From: Candidatus Methanosuratincola verstraetei
GTDB taxonomy: Archaea > Thermoproteota > Methanomethylicia > Methanomethylicales > Methanomethylicaceae
DNA length: 64,000 nucleotides
Assembly: GCA_049570475.1 (NCBI GenBank)
Contig: CP186953.1
Coordinates: 1,457,744 to 1,521,743, forward strand
Direction of reading: 5' to 3'
This document shows positions 47,561 through 55,642 of this stretch, piece by piece. Made by a program: the position numbers and the translations under genes. Below the pieces are notes generated by a model that saw only the letters and a program-made list of their open reading frames with translations, was not told the DNA's origin and searched no databases. Positions within the stretch are counted from its first letter, which is position 1, and each line of letters opens with the position of its first letter.

Positions 47561-48937
47561 TCACCTGTCGGAGAGGAAGTCCAGGCTGACCGCGCACGAA
47601 AGGCACGGGTCGTAGCACCTGACTAGGTCCTCGAGGACGTACTTCAGCTTCTCCCCGCCCAGCGGCCTGAACCTCTTCACCAGCTCGACCGAGTCCATCT
47701 CGATGCTCTTCGAGTTCACGGCCGTCGGGGTGTAGACCCTGTAGTCCTTGATGAGCCCGCCCTCGATCTCGCAGGCGTGGCAAAGAGTCCCCCTCGGCGC
47801 TTCTGCTATCGCGATCCCCTTCCCGCTCCTGTCGCTGAAGCACGGGTCTGCCCTGCGCTCCTTGCCGTTCCCAACGCACGGGTACCCGTTCGGGGAGATC
47901 GTCGCATCCGAGAGCCTCTCCCCCGCCTCGACGATCTCCTCCAGGTAGTGCATCACCTCGACCGCCTGCGCCTTTATCATCAGGAACGGGTTGATCCTCC
48001 ATTCGATCCTTTCGGCGTAATCCCTCGCCTCGGGGTTGAGCCTCCTCCTGTTGAGCATTATCCTCGAGAGGGCGCCCACCGTGGCCTCCGAGCCCCTGAA
48101 GTAGACGTGCTTCGAGGTCGAGTACTCCTTCACGACCTCCTCGAGATCGTTGACATACTCCTCGTCGGTCACCGTGGACCCGTCGTTGATTATCAGCGGC
48201 GCCTCCCTGGCGTACGTGGGGTAGGCGTCCGCCTTGAGCGAGATCATCGTCCTGAACCTCTCGAGCTCGGGGAGCTCCATCTCAAGCACATGCTCCACGA
48301 ACTTCCTGGCGTCCCCCCTCAACGACTCGAGCCTCGAGATCGACTCCATCAGCTCCCTCCCCCTGACGAGCGCGCCGAATCCGCCGACAACCACGTTCGG
48401 GACGTGGACCGACCTCCCGCCCCAGTGCTCGATCAGCTGGGTCGAGGTGGACAGGAGGCGGGTCCCCGCGGCGACCAGGTCCTTCTCCCTCAGGCGGAAT
48501 ACGCTGATGAGGCCCTTGATCGGCGGCACGGAGAGGAAGAGGAGGTGCATCATGTGGCTCCTCAGGTTGTTCGCGAGGTAGAGCAGCCTCCTCAGCTCGA
48601 CGACATCCCCGTCAGGCGTGACCCCGAGCGCCTCCTCGACCGCCTCCGCAGCGTTTATCGAGTGGGCGGTGTAGCACAGCCCGCATATCCTCGAAGCCAC
48701 GAGGGGCGCCATCTCCGCGGGCTTCCCCCTGAGGTACGACGTCAGGAACCTGGGGCCCTCGAGGTTGTGGAACTCCGCATCTATCCTGTTCCCGGAGAGC
48801 CTGACCTTGAGCCTCCCGTGCCCCTCGATGAGCCTGAGCTCGTTCGTGTCCAGGATCACTTCGCTGACTGTTCCGCTTCCATTGCCGTTCTTGTTCCCGT
48901 TCCCGTCCGCAGTTTTCCCATTGCCGCTGTCGCGCAT
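47561..48937 (-). CDS. hydA: [NiFe]-hydrogenase large (alpha) subunit, group 3b sulfhydrogenase type
   Basis: IEGH, RICGLC, EAPRG, TPT..N, YDPCLSC. Alternative start 48955. Confidence 0.92.
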   Translation of the reverse strand: MRDSGNGKTADGNGNKNGNGSGTVSEVILDTNELRLIEGHGRLKVRLSGNRIDAEFHNLEGPRFLTSYLRGKPAEMAPLVASRICGLCYTAHSINAAEAVEEALGVTPDGDVVELRRLLYLANNLRSHMMHLLFLSVPPIKGLISVFRLREKDLVAAGTRLLSTSTQLIEHWGGRSVHVPNVVVGGFGALVRGRELMESISRLESLRGDARKFVEHVLEMELPELERFRTMISLKADAYPTYAREAPLIINDGSTVTDEEYVNDLEEVVKEYSTSKHVYFRGSEATVGALSRIMLNRRRLNPEARDYAERIEWRINPFLMIKAQAVEVMHYLEEIVEAGERLSDATISPNGYPCVGNGKERRADPCFSDRSGKGIAIAEAPRGTLCHACEIEGGLIKDYRVYTPTAVNSKSIEMDSVELVKRFRPLGGEKLKYVLEDLVRCYDPCLSCAVSLDFLSDR

Positions 48938-48941
48938 GCCC

Positions 48942-49697
48942 TCATCCCTTCCCATCCTTCAACAGCCCCAATATCTTCTTTCCCGTGAATGCCCTCACAG
49001 CGCTCATTGCCCTCTCCTCGGGGATGCCGTGCCTCCTTATCGTCTTCAAATATGCGTTTAGATCCGCCTCGACAGCCGGGCCTCGGCAGCTGTAGCAGGG
49101 GGCACCGACCGAAGGGCACGCAGCCCCGCACCCTCCCATCGCGAGCGGCCCGAGGCACGCCTTCCCGACCTCGAGGAGGCACCTGTTCCCCCTCATCTTG
49201 CACTCGTAGCAGACGCTGAAGTCAGGCTGCTTGGGCTCTATGCCGTTCAGCAGCCTCAGGAGGGCTTCGGTGAACTCCTCGGCGCTGACCGGGCAGCCGC
49301 TCAGCTCAAAGTCCACGTTCACGTGCGAGGAGAGCGGCTCGGCCTCGAAGACCTCGATCTCGCGGAGCCTCCTCCTCTTCAGATCCACGCCCCTCGACGC
49401 GCTGTAGGCTATGTTGCCGCAGGAGGCGCAAGTTCCGAGGGCAACCACGAAGCTGGAGTTCGCCCTTATCTGCGAGATCCTCTTCCTGTCTAGGTTCGTC
49501 ACGACCGCCCCCTCGACGAAGGCTATGTCGACCCTGGGCACCTTCTCGCCGCCGACCGGCTCTCGGACGAGCTTGAAGTAGTCGATGTCGAAGATCCTCC
49601 ACAGCGCCTCGAGGTTGGGGCCCAGGTTGGTGATGAGCGTCGTGAGGCACCCTTCGCACGACGTCAGGGAATAGAAAGCCGCCTTCATGCTACTCAC
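48942..49697 (-). CDS. hydD: [NiFe]-hydrogenase small (delta) subunit
   Basis: SCEGC, VEGAV, ALGTCA, GCP, CYEC..C..CLGP..GCGAACP..CYSCRG. Confidence 0.9.
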   Translation of the reverse strand: MSSMKAAFYSLTSCEGCLTTLITNLGPNLEALWRIFDIDYFKLVREPVGGEKVPRVDIAFVEGAVVTNLDRKRISQIRANSSFVVALGTCASCGNIAYSASRGVDLKRRRLREIEVFEAEPLSSHVNVDFELSGCPVSAEEFTEALLRLLNGIEPKQPDFSVCYECKMRGNRCLLEVGKACLGPLAMGGCGAACPSVGAPCYSCRGPAVEADLNAYLKTIRRHGIPEERAMSAVRAFTGKKILGLLKDGKG

Positions 49698-50508
49698 CTA
49701 TCGCCTCCAGCGATATCTCGTCGAGGGAGAAGACGGGGCCGTCCCTGCAGACGTGCCAGCCGCCGGGTATCAGGCACCTCGCGCACTTCCCGATCCCGCA
49801 CTTCATGTGCCTCTCCAGCGAGACGAAGACCTGATCCGCCTTGAGCCCCCTCTTCAGGAGCTCGGCAGAGATGCTGTGCATCACCATCGGGGACCCGCAC
49901 AGGACCGCGACCTGTTCCCCGCCCCTCACGACCCCGCCGAGGTGGTCTGTAACCCTCCCCCTCAGCCCGCCCCACTCCGGGGAGGCCTTGCTGAGCGTGA
50001 CCTTCACGTTCATCTTCTCTGCCCAAGGCTTCATCTCGTCCCTGTAGACGAGGTCCTCTGGGAAGCGGGCCCCGTAGAGGAGGTCGACCTCCCCGAATTC
50101 CTCCCTGTGCTCAGCCACGAAGAGTATCAGCGACCTAAGGGCTGCGATCCCTATGCCCGTCCCGACTATGAGCAGGTCCTTCCCGACCATCCTGCTGATG
50201 GGGAACGGCCTCCCGAACGGCCCCCTGATCCCGACGACGTCCCCGGGCCTCATGTAGTGCGAGGCTATCGTGACGAGCCCGCGCCTGATTATCGTGAGAT
50301 CCATGTGCTTCTGGTCGCTGGGGGAAGATGCTATGCAGAACGGGGCCTCGCCAACGCCTGGGAGCAGGAGCTGGACGAACTGCCCTGGCTGGAACTGAGC
50401 TCTCCAGTTGTAGAGCCTGAGCCTGAGCGTCTTGGTCTCGAGGCTCTCGTTCTTTACCGCCACGACCGTCGCCGACTTCGGTATGTACGGGTTCTCCTCC
50501 GTTTTCAA
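49690..50508 (-). CDS. hydG: Sulfhydrogenase gamma subunit (FAD/NAD(P)-binding, 2Fe-2S)
   Basis: PGQF, GEAPF, RGPFG, LYGAR, ERHMKCGIGKCARC..VCRDGPVF. Confidence 0.92.
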   Translation of the reverse strand: MKTEENPYIPKSATVVAVKNESLETKTLRLRLYNWRAQFQPGQFVQLLLPGVGEAPFCIASSPSDQKHMDLTIIRRGLVTIASHYMRPGDVVGIRGPFGRPFPISRMVGKDLLIVGTGIGIAALRSLILFVAEHREEFGEVDLLYGARFPEDLVYRDEMKPWAEKMNVKVTLSKASPEWGGLRGRVTDHLGGVVRGGEQVAVLCGSPMVMHSISAELLKRGLKADQVFVSLERHMKCGIGKCARCLIPGGWHVCRDGPVFSLDEISLEAIGE

Positions 50509-51542
50509 CCCTGGTCCCTCCCCACCGTCTTTCGCATGTCGATGCCAGCCGGGCAGAACGCTATGCAGTTGCCGCAGCCGACGCAGCCGCTCATCCCGAA
50601 AGCCTTCTCAGAGAACGGGAACTTGTGCTTGAGCCTCCACCTGTACCTTTCCTCCTTCGTCTTGAGGAATATGGTGCCCCCCGCGATCATGCTGTAGCAT
50701 TTCCGCTGGCACGACATCCTCCTCCGCACCCTCTCCACGTTCGACGGGTCCACCAGGTTGAACCTGTCCTCGATGTCCGAGCAGTAGCACGTGGGGCAGG
50801 TGACGGTGCAGGCTGCGCAGAGGGTGCACGAATCCAGCCCCTCAGCCGGAGCGCGGTCGATCTCCCCCTCGGAGGCGAGGATGCTGAACGAGGACTTCAT
50901 CTTCGGAGGCTTGCCCTCGAGCGATCCCGCGTCCTCCTCCTGGGCGTTGAGCTTCGACGCAGCCTCCCTCCCAGCCTCCGAAATCGGCTGGACCAGGAAC
51001 CACTCCCCTGACCTCCTCACGAGGATGTCGCAGTACCCCTCCTCCGCCCTCCAGGATCCCGCGGGGACGCAGAAGCAATACTCGTCCCCCTCCTCGCACT
51101 CCAGCACGACGGTGAGCATCCCCTCCCTCCTCGCTTTGTAGTACGGGTCTGCGGGGTCGCTCAGCATCACCCTGTCCAGGTACCTGATCGAGTTGGCGTG
51201 GCACGGATGGATCGCGAAGAAGGCGAGTCGCCCTCCCGGCGCGGTGTACTCGGCGTTTATGGTGACCGGGCACGGCCCCTCCACCGTCGGGAACCTGATC
51301 TTCAGCCCGTAGGAGGTGACCGTCGCGGTGCTCCTGTACCTGTAGAGCCTCTCGCCGTCCGGTAGGAGGAAGTCCCTGGGGGCGTTGATGGCGCGGACGT
51401 AATCGAGGTCGATTGCCGAATCGGGCGAGTAGCCCTCGAACTTGGTCACGCCGTTCCCCTCTGTGGGGACTACCACGCTGTACCCCATACCAGCCAGTAT
51501 CGAGGGGAGCCGGAGGAACTCGCCCAGTTTGACCCTGATCAA
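50505..51542 (-). CDS. hydB: Sulfhydrogenase beta subunit (4Fe-4S dicluster)
   Basis: HPC, DPYY, C...CFC, CTLCAAC..CPTCYC, CVGCGNC...CPAGID. Confidence 0.9.
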   Translation of the reverse strand: MIRVKLGEFLRLPSILAGMGYSVVVPTEGNGVTKFEGYSPDSAIDLDYVRAINAPRDFLLPDGERLYRYRSTATVTSYGLKIRFPTVEGPCPVTINAEYTAPGGRLAFFAIHPCHANSIRYLDRVMLSDPADPYYKARREGMLTVVLECEEGDEYCFCVPAGSWRAEEGYCDILVRRSGEWFLVQPISEAGREAASKLNAQEEDAGSLEGKPPKMKSSFSILASEGEIDRAPAEGLDSCTLCAACTVTCPTCYCSDIEDRFNLVDPSNVERVRRRMSCQRKCYSMIAGGTIFLKTKEERYRWRLKHKFPFSEKAFGMSGCVGCGNCIAFCPAGIDMRKTVGRDQG

Positions 51543-51917
51543 GCTACCACTTTCCTGTGCCCTGTCTTGGATGGCGACAAAGCCAACAAGGGAACATTAC
51601 TTATCAATATCAAAAGGGTATAAATCTTTCCCGATTTTGCTCAATGGCTTTGGGCAGCCTGGAGATTGGGCTGGGCCTTCCGAGAAGAATTTGCATGGGC
51701 GTGAGGGATGTTTCTCGAGCGTTGCTGATCGGGTTTCAATGGCTGTAGAGAAAGTCGGCGGTCAGGAAAAGGCAAGTATCAGGAGTTTCCTGAAAGTGTA
51801 AAAAGCGGATGGCTGGTGCTTCTCGATCAGTGCATGGATTACAATTGAAGCCTTTTACTAACATACTTGTTTTACGATACTCATAAATTTTAAATATTCA
51901 TAAAAAAAGTTTCAAAC

Positions 51918-52625
51918 ATGCCTGCCTATAGCGCAAATTCGAAACCTGGTAATAATGCTTGGAAAACAAGAAAGCGAATCCACAGAAAGATGATTAGGAC
52001 AGTCACCATATTAGAATGCCTGCCTGAGGATTTGGATTATCCGTGCTCAGAAGGAAAGATGCTTAGAGAGTATCTGAAAATTGTGAACTTTCAGGAGAAC
52101 AATAAAATAAACATAAATTACAAAGAAATAAGCGACACAAAAGAGCTTTTATTCCAATTAAGCCAAGCCAAGGAAGGGTGCATCCACATATCTTGCCATG
52201 GTAATTACGATAAACATGGAACTTATTTGGAAACGAAAGGCGATGAGCGTCTTTATTCTTATGAAATTTTGTGCCCGCCTCCCGAACTCCTTTCGATATC
52301 CCCGTCTTTGATAAAAGAAGAGGAGTACGGCGATGAGCCGTATTTATGGCGTGGTCTTGACGATGATGATAAGCCTGTTTTGGTTTTCCTTTCGTCATGT
52401 TTAACTGCCAAAAAAGGTGATCTTATAGATGCCTTTTTTTACTCAGGGTGTCGATACGTGATCGCCCCGAAGAAGGTGGTCAACTTCGCCGACTCCGCCT
52501 TTTTTACCACTACATTTTATGGGCTGCTCTTCTGGAAGAAAATGCAGGTCTCCACCGCCTTCAATAAGGCTAAGAGTCTATGCGGAGACGATGCAAAGTG
52601 GTGCATAAAAAGGAAGCCAAAGTAG
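51918..52625 (+). CDS. CHAT/caspase-like cysteine peptidase domain protein
   Basis: IHISCHG and VFLSSC dyad motifs; ...V....S..F...FY..L.......AF C-terminal pattern. Start may be ATG 51990. Confidence 0.7.
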   Translation: MPAYSANSKPGNNAWKTRKRIHRKMIRTVTILECLPEDLDYPCSEGKMLREYLKIVNFQENNKININYKEISDTKELLFQLSQAKEGCIHISCHGNYDKHGTYLETKGDERLYSYEILCPPPELLSISPSLIKEEEYGDEPYLWRGLDDDDKPVLVFLSSCLTAKKGDLIDAFFYSGCRYVIAPKKVVNFADSAFFTTTFYGLLFWKKMQVSTAFNKAKSLCGDDAKWCIKRKPK

Positions 52626-53170
52626 TTTATTTGTACGTCTAGAATCGATCTCACGCATTGTTTTTTTCTCTTCTAAACTCGAAATGATTTCAGAACCCAT
52701 AAGTATAATGATTCAAGTTTTTGAATGACAACTGGCATCAAAGTGCTTTTGGCGGATCTGCATGCCCTGATTTCTGACCAAGAATGCGAGGCAGGTTGCG
52801 AAAGCATGTTGCGATAAAAAGATCCTAACAGATCGCCTCATAGCCCGATCATTACCGTCATTGACCATTGATTCCGAAAATACGGGCTGATCGAATACTG
52901 CGAGGCAAATGATGGCTAAATTCCGCGCATATTGGAAGTCTGGAACTGATGACGTTGGGAGTGGTCGAAAGGTATTCGATATTCGTCGATCGGCCCATAC
53001 GAGTTGCAAAAAAAGTCCCATAATGGCGCCGATTTCTGCCTCGGAGTTCGTTATAGACGATTTACTGCAAGAAGCGATCAAAGATCAAAAAAGACTAAAT
53101 GGTTAAAAAGAGACGACTGTCGGCAAGTCGTTGCAATTGTGCAGATCAGCTTGCCACTCCTCCCTCCTCC

Positions 53171-54097
53171 CTACAATACGCAGTTGCACTTCAGATTCGT
53201 CCTATTCCATCCAAACCGCTTCACCATGCTTGTCGTCTCCTTACATATGCCCACTTCCACTCCGTATTCCTTTATCCTGTCCACCAAAAAATTATAGATC
53301 TCGTATCTGAGTCCGTCCTCCATTTTCTTCCCCCAACCCGTCTTTTCTTTGAGATACTCCGTCCAAGTGGTGTCGTACCCGAGCTTGTTGGCGAAGTTGA
53401 TCGTCCTCTGAAGCCCCCGAAGGGTCCCTATAGTGATCCTAGTCACCTCTGTCGTCGTGCAGACCTTGTCCACGAGGTCTTTGTATTCCTTCTTCCAACC
53501 CTTGACTGGGACAACTGGATCGATCCTGCATCTAGTCTCAAGACCTGCCTTCCCAACCCTTCTCAAGGCGTTTACCCTCTTCGAGGGCTTCGGGATGCCG
53601 ACCTCCCAGCGTTTGGCAACAGATGTGGCATTTACGGTGCATGAATATATCACCTGCCTTCTCTTTCCGCACCCTGCGTCTTTGACCAGCCGCCCTACAT
53701 TCGCCCCCTTTGTCAGAAGTAGGAGTTTGTGCTTCCGCTGAGTGTTGAACAAGTCCATTATGGCAACCATGTGGGGGTGGTCGACCCAGCTGTCAGAGAG
53801 TTCTCCGGCATTAAACAGCACTGGTTTTCTTATCTTGGTGAAGGCTTCCCTTATATGCTTTAGAGTCTGGTCTATGTCGTAAGCCCGGAAAGAAGGCTTT
53901 CCGAACGAAGTGCCTATAAGATAACACCACTGGCATCCTTTGTTTCTCCTTGGATCTTGGAAGGGGCATCCAAAAGCCCAACTCAATATCCAGAAGTGAG
54001 GGCAGCATATGTTCTTTGGCGTTTTTTCAAAGTATCTTATTGTGTGCTCGTATTTCCTATGTGTATTGCTAATCCGAAACCTGGTCTTGTCCGTCAT
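53171..54097 (-). CDS. Spore photoproduct lyase (SplB)-like radical SAM protein
   Basis: GC-x10-CQWCYL, FNAGELSDS, LLLTK, WE..P..R, RIDPVVP, TIGTLR, ICKE, terminal CNC. Confidence 0.8.
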   Translation of the reverse strand: MTDKTRFRISNTHRKYEHTIRYFEKTPKNICCPHFWILSWAFGCPFQDPRRNKGCQWCYLIGTSFGKPSFRAYDIDQTLKHIREAFTKIRKPVLFNAGELSDSWVDHPHMVAIMDLFNTQRKHKLLLLTKGANVGRLVKDAGCGKRRQVIYSCTVNATSVAKRWEVGIPKPSKRVNALRRVGKAGLETRCRIDPVVPVKGWKKEYKDLVDKVCTTTEVTRITIGTLRGLQRTINFANKLGYDTTWTEYLKEKTGWGKKMEDGLRYEIYNFLVDRIKEYGVEVGICKETTSMVKRFGWNRTNLKCNCVL

Positions 54098-54472
54098 TTC
54101 GATCGCTCCATGGAGCATTTGCAGTCGTGCGTCTACTTTCTGCATAAAATGAGAAGCATTTGTTTAATAAATCTAATGAAATTGTATTGGGATCAAAAAT
54201 CATCCTCATTTCCTTGGGTGAAAAACGCAAAAGTAAGGCGCCATTCATTTTAACACCACTGCGCGTTCCTCTTTCGATTTTTTGCTTCTACTCTTAAGAT
54301 GGAAGTTCTTTATAATTTATTTTGGATATGTTTTTATATTGCTTATTAAGTTTTAGTCAACGGCGATGTCTTTGGTTTTGGCTATCTGGTATGTCGAAAC
54401 TGAGATAAGCCCTATTACCGAAAAGAAGTATAACGTAATAATTACAAGGGATTCCAGATAAAGATCAGGCCT

Positions 54473-54727
54473 ATGGAGTTCTACTATGAAGAGGAGACTG
54501 GCTGCGAATACTCGATAATAGACCTCATAAACGGGTACAACTGCTACAGCTCCAGATCCAACATAGAGATCAAGAAGCATGCAAGAACGATAGATGGGGC
54601 TGAAAAATGGTCCATCATGCACGCGGACATACTGTGCAAGGTGAGAGAATCGAGGCATTGCCGCCAGTCTGAAGACGAGGATGAATCGGAAGACGACTAT
54701 GAGTCAGATCTGCAAAACTATGTGTGA
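54473..54727 (+). CDS. Hypothetical small acidic protein
   Basis: 84-aa ORF with a strongly acidic tail; the competing minus-strand ORF 54353-54658 is not excluded. Confidence 0.4.
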   Translation: MEFYYEEETGCEYSIIDLINGYNCYSSRSNIEIKKHARTIDGAEKWSIMHADILCKVRESRHCRQSEDEDESEDDYESDLQNYV

Positions 54728-54796
54728 AGTTTTGCCGTCCTTATTGGCCCACTAGAACCACCAAGTTGATGTCTCTATTTTCCAGTTTGTAAAGCG

Positions 54797-55073
54797 TCAA
54801 ATAGCAGATCCTTCTCTCCATGTTTCACCGCAATCTTCGCACCTATACGCTGATTCAATCTTCCATCCCTTTGTTCTCTGCAATTCTTATTTTCCGTTGA
54901 TGGGTGCATTCTTTTTCCGATTCGATCAGAATTTCGTCTGTACTCTTTTTTTCACAATGCTGTTTAAAGCAATCCTTAATTTTTCGAAGTTCATTAACAT
55001 TTTGATGTTGTTGGTATTCGTGAAGAACTGTGGTGTCTATGCCAATTTTTATTATATTTGATTTGTTCACCAC
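54797..55073 (-). pseudogene. Frameshifted small gene: PIN-like N-terminal strand and Zn-ribbon tail
   Basis: IGIDTTVL start; removing one G from the GGG run (plus-strand CCC 54867-54869) joins CTH.. to WKIESAYRCEDCGETW. Confidence 0.4.
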
Positions 55074-55642
55074 TTATCATCTCCACCCTCCTTTCTCTGG
55101 ATTGCGAACCAATATGAAAAAAGGTCATTCTCTATCTCTTGGTAATCGTTGAATCTTTCCTTTATTAGTCTCCAGAATTTTTCGTTGTGCCTCTTCTCTA
55201 CCGAGTGCACAAGTTCATGGAAGATGACATACTCGACATACCTTTGGGGCAGGTGCCTGAGCAGCGGATTAACAGTAAGGGTCCTCTTCTGACTGAAGCT
55301 GGCCCACTTTGTCCTCATCTTCCTGTAGGTGATCTTCTCAAAACGGAAACCGCATTCTGCAGAGATCTTCTTGGCAAAGCCATCAACGAAATCCTTGAAC
55401 TCCCTAAAACCCTTCTCTAACTCAAGCCTCTTAGAAGCAGACCTCCGCAAAGCCTCCCTTATCTCAAGCTCTCTTTTGAATATCCAGTCCCTGTATCTCT
55501 CAAGAACTTCCTCTTCACCGGCGTCCTTCGGAAGTACTAATACCAAGGATCCCGTCTTGTACTCGAGTCTGGGGTATCTGATGTTCCGCCTCACCGTCTC
55601 GTACCTTATCTCCAACCCATTCACATTGATTGACTTAGCCAT
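55067..55642 (-). CDS. M48/YgjP-like metallopeptidase family protein associated with type I R-M
   Basis: KMRTKWAS, YVIFHELVH..HNEKFW. Confidence 0.9.
   Translation of the reverse strand: MAKSINVNGLEIRYETVRRNIRYPRLEYKTGSLVLVLPKDAGEEEVLERYRDWIFKRELEIREALRRSASKRLELEKGFREFKDFVDGFAKKISAECGFRFEKITYRKMRTKWASFSQKRTLTVNPLLRHLPQRYVEYVIFHELVHSVEKRHNEKFWRLIKERFNDYQEIENDLFSYWFAIQRKEGGDDKW

Noticed and set aside
51442-51801. ORFs in the hydrogenase promoter region
   Set aside because: Overlap hydB or its promoter; no recognisable product.
52713-53297. Short ORFs 52713-53081, 52909-53106 and 53004-53297
   Set aside because: Mutually overlapping with no motifs; treated as decayed island DNA.
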